DNA of 64,000 nucleotides from Thermodesulfobacteriota bacterium (GTDB lineage: Bacteria > Desulfobacterota > Desulfobacteria > Desulfobacterales > SURF-7): positions 64,001 to 128,000 of the forward strand of contig JBMORA010000018.1 in NCBI GenBank assembly GCA_049320885.1, given 5' to 3'. A program made the position numbers and the translations under genes. The notes under the pieces were generated by a model. It was given only the letters and a program-made list of their open reading frames with translations, made no database searches and was not told the DNA's origin. Numbering within the stretch: the stretch's first letter is position 1; each line of letters opens with the position of its first letter. Shown one piece after another: positions 37,134 to 46,848 of the stretch.

Positions 37134-38363
37134 TCAGATGGGAATGACACCGACAACGGTTCCTTTTTCCAGGCCTTCCCGATCCCGTCCGATAACCACC
37201 AGACCGTCCGCCCGGATCATGGTATTCATGAGCGCCGATTTGCCCTGAACCGGGTCGGCCAACACCCGGCCTTCCTTTTCCATCAGCCGGACGCGCACGA
37301 AGTCCACCCTGCCCTGAGCGGAAGCGATGTTGCGGGAAAGGGCGGCGTATATCGGGAAGCGTCTTTCCTGAGCCGTGGACAACCCGCCCAGCTTTTCCAC
37401 GAATGGCCGGACGATCATCTGGAATACGATCATGGCGGAAACCACGTGACCGGGCAAACCCCAGACCATTTTTTCGCCGACAACCCCCAGAATCGTGGGT
37501 TTGCCCGGACTGATGGCAATTCCATGGACCCGGATCCGCGAGTCGGGGAGCGACGAAATCGACTGAATGGTCAGGTCGCGCATCCCCACCGAACTGCCGC
37601 CCGACAGGATGACCATATCACTCTGTTCCAAGGCCGATCGAATGGTCCGGACAAGCGTAAGTGAATGATCTTTCACAATGCCGAAAGCCAGAGGGAGCCC
37701 CCCCGCCGCCTGAACGAATCCGGACAGGGTATAGGTATTCGTATCACGGATCTCGCCCTCCCTCGGAGCCCGGTCCACAGGCACCAGTTCATCGCCGGTG
37801 GAAATAATTCCGATCACCGGCCGCCTGAAAACCAAAAGCCGCTCTTTTCCCAGGGCCGCCAGAAGCCCCATCTCCTGGGGCCGCAGCCTCGAACCCACGG
37901 GCAAGATGACCCGGCCCTTGGGAAAGTCCTCTCCGGCAGCCACCATATTCTGACCGGGTGCCACGCTGCGATGAATTTCCAGCGTCTGCGCATCAATCAA
38001 GGCGGAATGCTCCACCATCACCACACTGTCGGCTCCCCGGGGGAGCATGCCGCCGGTGGGAACCCCGGCGGTCTGTCCACTCATCACGCTGAATTCCGGA
38101 GCAACGCCCATCTCGACTTCACCGACGATCCCCAGGTAAGCCGGATTGCTTTCACTGGCACCGAAGGTATCCGCCGCCCGGACGGCATACCCATCCATGG
38201 TAGAGCGTGGGAAGGGAGGCAAATCCTCATCCGCAGTTATTTCTTCCGCCAATACCCGTCCCATGGACTCGAAAAGTCGAACCTCCTCGACCTGCACCGA
38301 CGGGAGAGTGTCTCGCATGGCCAGGACTTGGGGAAGATCCGCCACGGTAAAAAAATCCTTCAT
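37134..38363 (-). CDS. moeA: Molybdopterin molybdotransferase MoeA (gephyrin E-like)
   Basis: STMDGYAVRA, TGGMLPRGAD, STGDEL, SGGSSVG, PGKPT, GLPGH; GGAGG RBS. Confidence 0.94.
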   Translation of the reverse strand: MKDFFTVADLPQVLAMRDTLPSVQVEEVRLFESMGRVLAEEITADEDLPPFPRSTMDGYAVRAADTFGASESNPAYLGIVGEVEMGVAPEFSVMSGQTAGVPTGGMLPRGADSVVMVEHSALIDAQTLEIHRSVAPGQNMVAAGEDFPKGRVILPVGSRLRPQEMGLLAALGKERLLVFRRPVIGIISTGDELVPVDRAPREGEIRDTNTYTLSGFVQAAGGLPLAFGIVKDHSLTLVRTIRSALEQSDMVILSGGSSVGMRDLTIQSISSLPDSRIRVHGIAISPGKPTILGVVGEKMVWGLPGHVVSAMIVFQMIVRPFVEKLGGLSTAQERRFPIYAALSRNIASAQGRVDFVRVRLMEKEGRVLADPVQGKSALMNTMIRADGLVVIGRDREGLEKGTVVGVIPI

Positions 38364-38398
38364 TATCCTCCAATTTTCATATTATCGAATCACCGGAC

Positions 38399-38426
38399 TT
38401 GACAATTGTATTCTTGCGCTTACGAT
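38399..38426 (+). promoter_or_regulatory. Putative sigma70 promoter of the microprotein/activator transcript
   Basis: TTGACA-16 nt-TACGAT, divergent from moeA. Confidence 0.55.
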
Positions 38427-38514
38427 ATGAGCCGTGTTACAGGCGGAAATCATGACGCCTGAAACGGTGAAAGCACTTTCACCCGCAACTTAAGACATCT
38501 CGTGAAACAAGTCC

Positions 38515-38679
38515 ATGGGAAAATGCGCGAACCATAAGGACAGGGAAACCCGCCATATCTGCATGAAACATGAAATTTACCTGTGTGAAGACTGTCTTGC
38601 ATGCAGGGATCCGGACCTGTATTGCAAATACAGGGCGTCCTGTCCCATTTGGTTTCGCCGGAAAAAGCCGCTCGATTGA
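38515..38679 (+). CDS. 54-aa Cys/His-rich B-box-like zinc-finger microprotein (absent from the ORF track)
   Basis: MGKCANHKDRETRHICMKHEIYLCEDCLACRDPDLYCKYRASCPIWFRRKKPLD*, with 7 Cys and a C-x2-H...C-x2-H...C-x2-C pattern; fills the gap before the activator gene. Confidence 0.75.
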   Translation: MGKCANHKDRETRHICMKHEIYLCEDCLACRDPDLYCKYRASCPIWFRRKKPLD

Positions 38680-38705
38680 GACGGCCGGAATGATCAGCCG
38701 CAACC

Positions 38706-40211
38706 ATGCAACCGAAAAACCAACTCAGCGCCGGCGAACGGGAGTTTTTTTCCCTGGTGAGCCGCGCCATGTTTGTCAATCCCTTCAGCGAAGAACGTAG
38801 CGATCTGGATCGAAAAATCGCCGGTCAATACCCCCAGGCGGACCGCTCCGAAATCATCGCCAGAGCCGTAGAGGAAGTCGCAAGGCGCATTGAGATTCTG
38901 GAGCAGGAAAAACGGTCCGATCTGCATTTCTATGCGGCCGAAGATGCAAAAATACTCGAAAAGACCTTCCTGTTTGACTTTTTCTATCGTTTCAAGGACC
39001 GATTCGACCAGCTGATCCGGGACCAGATCCAGGCGGGCGAAAATCCCATCAAGATTCCATTTTACCCGGAAGCCCTGAGCCTCATGCTGCGCCGGGGGTT
39101 TACCGAGGAAATGTTCCGGCGCAATTTCGAACTGGGCTTTCAGGCCCGCCGGGCTTTTTTTTTCATCGACCGGACCCTGGTGGGTAACAGCCGGAGCATG
39201 AAGCAACTGCGCCTGGATCTGTGGAACAATGTCTTCACCCACAATATTGAATTTTATGAACGGTACCTGTGGAACCGGCTGGAAGATTTTTCCACGCTGA
39301 TCCTGGGGGAAACCGGGACAGGCAAAGGCACCGCCGCACTGGCCATCGGCCGGTCCGGCTTCATTCCACTGGATAAACGCAAACGCATCTTCGTGGAAAG
39401 CTTCGCGCGTTCATTTGTATCCCTCAATCTGTCCCAGTTTCCGGAAACCCTGATCGAATCAGAGCTGTTCGGTCACAAAAAAGGCGCCTTCACCGGAGCC
39501 CTGGAGGACCACAACGGGGTATTCGATCGCTGCAGCCCATATGGAGCCATTCTGCTGGATGAAATCGGGGAAGTTTCCCGACCCGTCCAGATCAAACTGC
39601 TGCAGGTATTACAGGAAAGGATCTACAGCCCGGTGGGCAGTCAGAAGAAAAACCGGTTTCATGGCCGGGTAATCGCCGCCACCAACCGGCCCATAGAAGA
39701 AATCCGCGGCAAGGGGCTTTTTCGTGACGACTTCTATTACCGTCTCTGTTCCGACATTATTACCGTCCCCCCCTTGCGGCAACGGATTCAGGAAGCTCCG
39801 GAGGAACTGGACCGGCTGCTGTACTTCACGGTGGAAAAAATGATCGGCACCCCCTCGCCGGAACTGGTTGCCGCCGTTCGCGCCGTCATCGACAAACAAC
39901 TCGGGCCGAACTATGCCTGGCCCGGCAACGTGCGTGAACTGGAGCAATGCGTTCGCCGGGTGCTCCTGAAGGGCACCTATGCCGGGGACTTCCAGCTGGC
40001 CGCCACCGAGTTGAACGCCAAACTGAAGCATCATATCGACGGCGGCGACATCAGCGCCCAGCATTTAACCTCCGCCTATTGTTCCCTGCTCTATCAGCGC
40101 CACGGCACATTTGAGGAAGTGTCCCGGCGCACCGCTCTGGATCGCCGCACCGTAAAAAAATACATCCAGGAATGGGGGTTGGTAAACGCTGTCGACGAGG
40201 AGGAGCCATGA
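38706..40211 (+). CDS. Sigma54-interacting AAA+ transcriptional activator with an unrecognised helical N-terminal domain
   Basis: LILGETGTGKG, ESELFGHKKGAFTGA, LLDEIGE, FRDDFYYRL, WPGNVRELEQ, HTH (LDRRTVKKY). Confidence 0.9.
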   Translation: MQPKNQLSAGEREFFSLVSRAMFVNPFSEERSDLDRKIAGQYPQADRSEIIARAVEEVARRIEILEQEKRSDLHFYAAEDAKILEKTFLFDFFYRFKDRFDQLIRDQIQAGENPIKIPFYPEALSLMLRRGFTEEMFRRNFELGFQARRAFFFIDRTLVGNSRSMKQLRLDLWNNVFTHNIEFYERYLWNRLEDFSTLILGETGTGKGTAALAIGRSGFIPLDKRKRIFVESFARSFVSLNLSQFPETLIESELFGHKKGAFTGALEDHNGVFDRCSPYGAILLDEIGEVSRPVQIKLLQVLQERIYSPVGSQKKNRFHGRVIAATNRPIEEIRGKGLFRDDFYYRLCSDIITVPPLRQRIQEAPEELDRLLYFTVEKMIGTPSPELVAAVRAVIDKQLGPNYAWPGNVRELEQCVRRVLLKGTYAGDFQLAATELNAKLKHHIDGGDISAQHLTSAYCSLLYQRHGTFEEVSRRTALDRRTVKKYIQEWGLVNAVDEEEP

Positions 40212-40227
40212 TGGCGGCCCCATCCAT

Positions 40228-40255
40228 TTGACATCATCCTTTCCGTGCTTATGAT
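40228..40255 (+). promoter_or_regulatory. Putative sigma70 promoter of clpB
   Basis: TTGACA-16 nt-TATGAT, 63 bp upstream of the ATG. Confidence 0.55.
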
Positions 40256-40318
40256 GTTGTCTGGGAAAAGCAAAATTCATTCCAACCATAATAACATCGC
40301 AACATTAAAGGAGATTGT

Positions 40319-42913
40319 ATGCGATTCGATAAATTCACCATCAAATCACAGGAACTGATTTCCGGCGCCCAGGCCCTGGCATCCAAACTCCACAACCAAC
40401 AGATCGAACCCGAACATTTGCTCGCCGCCATGCTGACGGAAAAAGAAGGCATCGCCACAGCCATTTTTCGGAAACTGGGTGTCTCACCGGGAAGCATTCA
40501 ACAGGATCTGCACCTGACCCTGGACCGGTTGCCCAAAATCAGCGGCGCAGGCCAGGGGGACGTCTTCCTTTCCGCCCGGTCCAAGGGCGTGCTGGAAAAC
40601 GCCTTCGCCGAAGCGGGCCGGATGAAGGATCAATATGTCGGTGTTGAACACATCCTGCTTTCCATCGTGGATGAAAAAGGCGGTCAAAAGGCCTTGTGGA
40701 GCCGCTACGGCATCACCCGGGAAGCAATCCTGAAAGTATTGATGGGCCTGAGGGGCAACCAGACCATCACTGACCAGAATCCGGAGGAAAAATACCAGGC
40801 CCTGGAAAAATTCAGCCGCGACCTGACTGAATTGGCCCGCATGGGCAAGCTGGATCCCGTCATCGGCCGGGATGAGGAAATCCGGCGCATCGTTCAGGTC
40901 CTTTCCAGACGAACCAAAAACAACCCGGTACTGATCGGCGAGCCCGGCGTGGGCAAAACCGCCATTGTGGAAGGACTTGCCCAGCGCATCGTCGCCGGAG
41001 ATGTCACCGAGACCCTGAAAAACAAACGCCTGGTGTCCCTGGATATGGGGGCCCTGATCGCCGGTGCCAAATACCGGGGAGAATTCGAAGACCGCCTGAA
41101 AGCGGTATTGAAGGAAGTAGAAGGCGCCGAAGGGGAGGTGATCCTCTTCATCGATGAACTCCACACCCTGGTGGGAGCTGGTGCGGCCGAGGGCGCCATG
41201 GACGCCTCCAACATGCTGAAGCCGGCGCTGGCGCGCGGCACCCTGCGTTGCGTGGGCGCCACCACCCTGAACGAATATCGCAAATACATTGAAAAAGACG
41301 CCGCCCTGGAACGCCGGTTCCAGCCGGTTTTAACCCAGGAGCCCAGCGTGGAGGATACCATCTCCATCCTGCGGGGTCTCAAGGAAAAATATGAAGTGCA
41401 CCACGGCGTGCGCATCAAGGACGCCGCCATCGTGGCCGCCGCCACCCTGAGCCAGCGCTATATATCCGATCGGTTTCTGCCGGACAAGGCCATTGATCTG
41501 ATCGACGAATGCGCTTCCAAACTGCGGATCGAAATCGACAGCATGCCGACGGAGATCGATGAGATCCGGCGCAAAATCCTCCAGGCGGAAATCGAACGCG
41601 AGGCCCTGAAAAAAGAAACCGACCCGGCCTCCCGGGAACGGCTGGCCAAACTCGAAAAAGACCTGGCCGCCATGAACGAGGACATCCGGGGTATGAAGGC
41701 CCACTGGAGCAACGAAAAGGAAATGATCCAGACCATCCGTGGAATCAAGGAATCCCTGGAACAGCTCGGTACGGAAGCCCAGCAGGCCGAGCGGGAAGGA
41801 AATCTGGCCAAGGTGGCCGAGATCCGGTACGGTAAAAGCATCGAACTGCAAAAACAACTGGAAAACGCCAACCGCAGGCTGGCCGACCTCCAATCCGATC
41901 ACTGCATGTTGAAGGAAGAAGTGGATGCCGAGGATATCGCTGAAGTCATCTCCCGCTGGACCGGTATTCCGGTGCGGAAAATGCTGGAAGGCGAGAAGGA
42001 AAAGCTGGTACATATGGAGGACCGGTTGCGCCGCCGCGTCGTCGGCCAGGAAGAAGCCGTTGAGGCTGTCGCCAACGCCGTCCGTCGCGCCCGCTCGGGA
42101 TTGCAGGATCCCAACCGTCCCATCGGTTCCTTCATTTTTCTGGGTCCCACCGGCGTGGGTAAAACCGAATTGGCCAAGGCCCTGGCCGAATTCATTTTCG
42201 ACAGTGAGCAGGCCATGGTGCGCATCGACATGTCCGAGTACATGGAAAAACATTCCGTGGCCAGACTCATCGGCGCGCCCCCCGGGTATGTCGGTTATGA
42301 GGAGGGTGGCTATTTGACGGAAAGCGTCCGCCGCCGGCCGTATACCGTAATCCTGTTCGACGAGATCGAAAAGGCCCATCCCGATGTCTTCAATGTGCTG
42401 CTGCAGATTCTGGATGACGGACGCATGACGGATGGCCAGGGACGAACCGTGGATTTCAAGAACACCCTCATCATCATGACCTCCAATATCGGCAGCCAGT
42501 ATATCCGGGAACTGGGGGCTTCCCGACGCTCCGAAATGGAAACCGCTGTTTTGAGCGCCTTGCGGGCCAGCTTCAAACCCGAATTTTTAAACCGCATCGA
42601 CGAAACCATCATCTTCCACAACCTGACCCGCGATCAGATCGTTCACATCGTGACCATTCAGTTCGAACGTCTGGCCGCGCGACTGGCGGATCAGAACATA
42701 CATCTGAGCCTGACACCGGCGGCCGCCGAATTCCTGGCGGATCAGGGTTATGATCCGGCTTACGGCGCCAGGCCTCTCAAACGGGCGATCCAGCACCACA
42801 TTGAAAATCCCTTGTCCATGGCCATCCTGAAGGGCGAGGTTCAAGCGAACTCTCTTATCGTCGCGGATGTGGAGAACGGCCGGATCCGGTTCACGACGGA
42901 CGGAAAGGCCTGA
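40319..42913 (+). CDS. clpB: ATP-dependent chaperone ClpB
   Basis: Clp-N repeats, [21 protein letters not shown], coiled-coil M domain, [31 protein letters not shown]; 864 aa. Confidence 0.97.
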   Translation: MRFDKFTIKSQELISGAQALASKLHNQQIEPEHLLAAMLTEKEGIATAIFRKLGVSPGSIQQDLHLTLDRLPKISGAGQGDVFLSARSKGVLENAFAEAGRMKDQYVGVEHILLSIVDEKGGQKALWSRYGITREAILKVLMGLRGNQTITDQNPEEKYQALEKFSRDLTELARMGKLDPVIGRDEEIRRIVQVLSRRTKNNPVLIGEPGVGKTAIVEGLAQRIVAGDVTETLKNKRLVSLDMGALIAGAKYRGEFEDRLKAVLKEVEGAEGEVILFIDELHTLVGAGAAEGAMDASNMLKPALARGTLRCVGATTLNEYRKYIEKDAALERRFQPVLTQEPSVEDTISILRGLKEKYEVHHGVRIKDAAIVAAATLSQRYISDRFLPDKAIDLIDECASKLRIEIDSMPTEIDEIRRKILQAEIEREALKKETDPASRERLAKLEKDLAAMNEDIRGMKAHWSNEKEMIQTIRGIKESLEQLGTEAQQAEREGNLAKVAEIRYGKSIELQKQLENANRRLADLQSDHCMLKEEVDAEDIAEVISRWTGIPVRKMLEGEKEKLVHMEDRLRRRVVGQEEAVEAVANAVRRARSGLQDPNRPIGSFIFLGPTGVGKTELAKALAEFIFDSEQAMVRIDMSEYMEKHSVARLIGAPPGYVGYEEGGYLTESVRRRPYTVILFDEIEKAHPDVFNVLLQILDDGRMTDGQGRTVDFKNTLIIMTSNIGSQYIRELGASRRSEMETAVLSALRASFKPEFLNRIDETIIFHNLTRDQIVHIVTIQFERLAARLADQNIHLSLTPAAAEFLADQGYDPAYGARPLKRAIQHHIENPLSMAILKGEVQANSLIVADVENGRIRFTTDGKA

Positions 42914-42917
42914 CGCA

Positions 42918-43892
42918 TCAACCACCGCCTTGACGATGCAGCTTTCCGCTTCGCTTTACGGCGCCAAGCGAAGCGGAAAGCGCCTGGGAGGATGAATACC
43001 GGGGAACGAACCCCAACTCCTCCCGGGCCTTCCGGCCGTCGGCAATGAAAGCATAGCGGGCATAGTCCAGGTAACCCTGGTTCACTTCGACTCCCGGAAT
43101 ACGGAGACGCCAGCAGATCTCCAAAAGCGGGTACAACAGGAAGGCCGGCAGGGGGATCAGCCTGGCCCCGACCATGGTGACAATCTCCCGGGCCGTCAAG
43201 GAGCCTTGGCCCACGATGTTGAAGGCGCCCCCCTTCTTCCGTTTTCCGGTGAGCAAACAGGCTTCGACAAAATCGTCCTCATGGACGAATTGGACCATTG
43301 GGTTGCTGCCCATGATTCCCACCGTAAACGGCCGGAACAGCATCCGTGAAACATAATTGTCCACCGCCGGCCCGAACACCGTGCAGGGACGCAGAATGGT
43401 CACGGTCATCTCCGGATGGGCCGCGGCGAATTCCTGCATCATCCGGTCCACGACCGCCTTGTTGTATCCATACGGATAGGAAGGATTGCCGCGCAGCGGG
43501 GCGTCCTCCGAAAGTTCGGAAGGATTATCCGGATGCGCGCCGTACGCCAGGGTGCTGCTGGTGGCGATCAGATGCCGAACCCCTCCCGCCAGGGATGCTT
43601 CCAAGACATTGCGGGTGCCGTTGTAGTCGATATCATGCATGCGCCGTAAATCATGGATGGGTTTGACCACGAAGGCCAGATGGAAGACGGTATCGATGCG
43701 TTGCTCGGCGATGAGGCGTCCGATCTCCGGGCTGCGGATATCCATCCGGTGAAACATCAGCCCGGGCTCTTCCGCCGGCATGGGCGCGATGTCGATACCG
43801 ATGATGCGGCCGATTTCCATTGAACCGGCCAAAGCCCGGACCAGCCTTCTTCCCAGATAGCCGGAAACGCCGGTGATCAGTATGTTCTCCAT
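42918..43892 (-). CDS. NAD-dependent epimerase/dehydratase (extended SDR)
   Basis: ITGVSGYLG, FHLAF, YGYNK (YxxxK), LRPCTVFG, QFVHEDD. Confidence 0.9.
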   Translation of the reverse strand: MENILITGVSGYLGRRLVRALAGSMEIGRIIGIDIAPMPAEEPGLMFHRMDIRSPEIGRLIAEQRIDTVFHLAFVVKPIHDLRRMHDIDYNGTRNVLEASLAGGVRHLIATSSTLAYGAHPDNPSELSEDAPLRGNPSYPYGYNKAVVDRMMQEFAAAHPEMTVTILRPCTVFGPAVDNYVSRMLFRPFTVGIMGSNPMVQFVHEDDFVEACLLTGKRKKGGAFNIVGQGSLTAREIVTMVGARLIPLPAFLLYPLLEICWRLRIPGVEVNQGYLDYARYAFIADGRKAREELGFVPRYSSSQALSASLGAVKRSGKLHRQGGG

Positions 43893-43931
43893 ATGCATGC
43901 GTCCTTTTTTCGCCGGCGTCCTTTCCCGGCG

Positions 43932-45389
43932 TCAAATCCGTTTCTGCAGGCCCCGCAGCGCGAACTGCCACATATCCTGCAAATATCGTAATTTTATGAT
44001 TTTCATGACGGAAGCGGTCAGCATGGCCCGGATCAGCGGTCCGACCTGTTCCGGGTCCAGTATGGGCGCGGGTATCCCGAGACGCCCCCGGATGGTCATG
44101 GCCATATCCACCGCCGTTGTAAAGCAGTTGTCGATGCGGGTGATGTTGCGGGCATTGACCACCTCGGCCCGGGAGCAGGCGCCGATCAGAAACACCTCCT
44201 GCCCCCGGGCGTCTATGGTTTCATCGATTTTGCCAATGATCATGACAACCGGCCTGGCTTTTTGAAAGGCCCGTTCGCCGGCATACCGCTCCAAGAAACC
44301 GAAGAACATCTTGGCGCCCATGATACAGCCGGTTTCGCAGCGGGTTCCATCGTCCCTGGCCTTCCCCCAGTAAAACCGGAGCGGTGATTTCAACCGTTCC
44401 AGTTCCTTGGCGATGTCCTGCCAGCGGGTATATTCGGCATCCCGGGGCAGCAGGCGCCGGCCAGCCTGATCCAGTTCCTCAACGGTTTGAACATCACCGC
44501 AGATAAGCACATCCGCCAATCGCCCCGGACGGTATCCCCGCTCGATGGCCCGCCGCAGATACGGTACTTCCATGACGTCATACCCCAGCAGCCTGGCGCC
44601 GACCATATCCACCGCCAACGGGTTTTTCCCCATGATCAACAGTCCCAGTTTCCGGGGGGTGGGAACGGCTTCGTTGCCGACGCCCACTTCAATGGCGTCC
44701 ATCACGATGAAATCCGGATAGCCCACGGCGAGCAGATCCACGATCTTGTCATTGAGCATGAAATCATGGCGAATGGCGCGTTCATCGTCCGAACAGATTC
44801 CGATGTTCAGTTTTACAGCGCCGGTCATGGTGCTGACGCAATGGCATTTCAGTTTGGGCAGATATACCTTGGTGTCCGCCCGGGACATTTTTCGGGCGAT
44901 GCGCAAGGTGTCATGCACCACGCCGCCGACGAAAACCCGGTCCCGCAGCTCTTCCTCTATGCAAAAGAGGTTGACCGGCGACCTTGCCTTGCAGCGAACG
45001 GCGTCCAGCTCGTCGTAATAACCGGCATACCGAAACGTCAAACGCGTGGGATAACCAATGGCGGTTTTTTCGCCCATATCCACCCGCTCAACCCCGGGAA
45101 ACCGCGACAGCAGTTCCAACGAGGCGCCCACCACGGCTGGATGCGTATAGGCAGTGGCGCCGTATCGACCGTTTTGGGTCGCGAAAACCACATTGGGTTT
45201 TACGAAAACATTCCCTCCGGGCCTGAATTCCAACGCCTCCATGCCTTCCCGGATGGCGGATTGAATCAAACCGCGATCGTAGGTTTCGCACCGCTTGATA
45301 AACACTTTTTCAACGCCACCCCCCCTTGCGTTTTCCGACTCGGTTTTCATCGGCTGGGAGTCCGGCCCAGCCGCCCCTCGCGTATTCAT
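43932..45389 (-). CDS. DUF362 domain protein with Cys-containing C-terminal extension
   Basis: VFVKPNVV, THPAVV, LPKLKCH, TGAVKLNIG, PDFIVMDAI, NPLAVD. Start may be 45350. Confidence 0.82.
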   Translation of the reverse strand: MNTRGAAGPDSQPMKTESENARGGGVEKVFIKRCETYDRGLIQSAIREGMEALEFRPGGNVFVKPNVVFATQNGRYGATAYTHPAVVGASLELLSRFPGVERVDMGEKTAIGYPTRLTFRYAGYYDELDAVRCKARSPVNLFCIEEELRDRVFVGGVVHDTLRIARKMSRADTKVYLPKLKCHCVSTMTGAVKLNIGICSDDERAIRHDFMLNDKIVDLLAVGYPDFIVMDAIEVGVGNEAVPTPRKLGLLIMGKNPLAVDMVGARLLGYDVMEVPYLRRAIERGYRPGRLADVLICGDVQTVEELDQAGRRLLPRDAEYTRWQDIAKELERLKSPLRFYWGKARDDGTRCETGCIMGAKMFFGFLERYAGERAFQKARPVVMIIGKIDETIDARGQEVFLIGACSRAEVVNARNITRIDNCFTTAVDMAMTIRGRLGIPAPILDPEQVGPLIRAMLTASVMKIIKLRYLQDMWQFALRGLQKRI

Positions 45390-45994
45390 ATCACGCTATC
45401 CTTTCCGGCGGCCGGACGTTGTAAGCGAAGGCCGCCCCGGTCTTCCTGGAGGACCGGGATCCGCAGCACTTTTTCGATCAATGCCGCTGTTTTCACCAGC
45501 GCCGCAACATCCTCCTCCTGAAATCCTTCCACATTCCGGGCGATGATGCCAAACGAATGGTCTTCCGACGCCCTGACCAGCTCCTCCCCGGCAGGCTCCA
45601 GCGAAACCAGGATCTGCCGCTTATCGTGAGACGCCTTTCTCCGGATTACGAGGCCTCGTTTTTCAAGTCGCTCCACCGTGCGGCTCGCGGTGCTGAGGTG
45701 AATATTCATTTCATCGGCGATCTCACCCATTCCCGCCGAGGAGCGCCTACGAAGAAAATACAACAGGTAAAAGGCCTCATAATTAATCCCGAACAATTGG
45801 ACTTTCCGGCGTTCGAAATGATAAATGGCCGCCATGGCTTCAAACAGCATCTGGTCAAGCCTGCTTCTGGGAATATCCGCCAGCAGGTTCCGTGATAAGG
45901 GAGTCATCATTCCAGCCCCGCCATGCACCACCACCGATTCCGATCCGCCGACCCCAGGTGCCGTTTCGGCGGTGACGAACGGATATGGTTGCAT
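45386..45994 (-). CDS. MarR family transcriptional regulator
   Basis: MGEIADEMNIHLSTASRTVERLEKRGLVIRR...DKRQILVSL winged helix. The start is possibly 45910. Confidence 0.9.
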   Translation of the reverse strand: MQPYPFVTAETAPGVGGSESVVVHGGAGMMTPLSRNLLADIPRSRLDQMLFEAMAAIYHFERRKVQLFGINYEAFYLLYFLRRRSSAGMGEIADEMNIHLSTASRTVERLEKRGLVIRRKASHDKRQILVSLEPAGEELVRASEDHSFGIIARNVEGFQEEDVAALVKTAALIEKVLRIPVLQEDRGGLRLQRPAAGKDSVI

Positions 45995-46224
45995 TGTTAC
46001 AATTTTTACGTGTAATAATTATTTTGAATTTAATATTATTTTAATTCCTGCTGTATTCTAACTATTCTTTTATTTGCATGTTTGCAAGTAAAATTTCACT
46101 TTTGTCTTTTGCACCGAAGTCGAACGGGTCTGCCCGGTCGATGATCCGCCGGCACAGTCAACCACCACCTGCAGGGGACAACTACCCGCTGAACCCTTTC
46201 ATCCGCCTTTGTCCGCCTTTGTCA

Positions 46225-46254
46225 TTGACATCGAAGAGCGTACTTGTTAATAAT
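46225..46254 (+). promoter_or_regulatory. Putative sigma70 promoter of cytochrome c3
   Basis: TTGACA-17 nt-TAATAA(T) with TG immediately upstream of the -10. Confidence 0.55.
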
Positions 46255-46319
46255 TCGTAACATTTCGAGCCTACAGGTAGTAAAACAGATAACTTTTTTG
46301 AAAGGGGGTAAACAAGGAA

Positions 46320-46781
46320 ATGAAAAGAAACGATTTATTACAGATGGTTGTAATGGCGGTTGCCGTGCTTTGCGTCGCCGGGGTCACGGGGCTTTACGCC
46401 GGCACGACGGTTCTGGATGTCGTCAAGATGGAACACAAGGCTTACACCAAACACACCAAGGGCATTGTCCAGTTTTCCCACAAAAAGCATGCCGAGGATT
46501 ACAAAGCTGGCTGCGGCGATTGCCATCACGATGAAAAAGGCAAACCCCTCACCAGCCTGAAGGCCGGGGACGATGTCAAAAACTGCTTTGATTGCCACAG
46601 CAAACCGGGCCTGGCACCCAAGGGCAAAGGCGCTCCCAAACTCTCTAAAAAAGAGAAGGTGCAGCAATATCACGCCGAAGCCATTCATGCCAACTGCATC
46701 GACTGCCACAAGACCCACAACAAAACCACCAAAACCAAAGCGGCGCCGGTTACCTGCAAGGATTGCCATCCCAAAAAATAG
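46320..46781 (+). CDS. Periplasmic tetraheme cytochrome c3 (class III)
   Basis: Signal peptide, VQFSHKKH, four CxxCH (CGDCH, CFDCH, CIDCH, CKDCH), Lys-rich. Confidence 0.95.
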   Translation: MKRNDLLQMVVMAVAVLCVAGVTGLYAGTTVLDVVKMEHKAYTKHTKGIVQFSHKKHAEDYKAGCGDCHHDEKGKPLTSLKAGDDVKNCFDCHSKPGLAPKGKGAPKLSKKEKVQQYHAEAIHANCIDCHKTHNKTTKTKAAPVTCKDCHPKK

Positions 46782-46812
46782 GGATTTCCAGCCGGCTCCT
46801 GCCGATTACCAG

Positions 46813-46848
46813 AAGGCGATCATTCCGACGGGATGGTCGCCTTTTTTT
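46813..46848 (+). terminator. Rho-independent terminator after cytochrome c3 (overlaps the dsrN stop)
   Basis: AAGGCGATCATTCC-GAC-GGGATGGTCGCCTT hairpin followed by a T tract. Confidence 0.8.

Noticed and set aside
38570..38800. 76-aa ORF MKFTCVKT... from the ORF track
   Set aside because: It overlaps the activator gene and is out of frame with the more convincing Cys/His ORF at 38515-38679.
46202..46223. 10-bp direct repeat TCCGCCTTTG x2 upstream of the cytochrome c3 promoter
   Set aside because: Only two copies; it could be a simple duplication, and nothing else supports a binding site.
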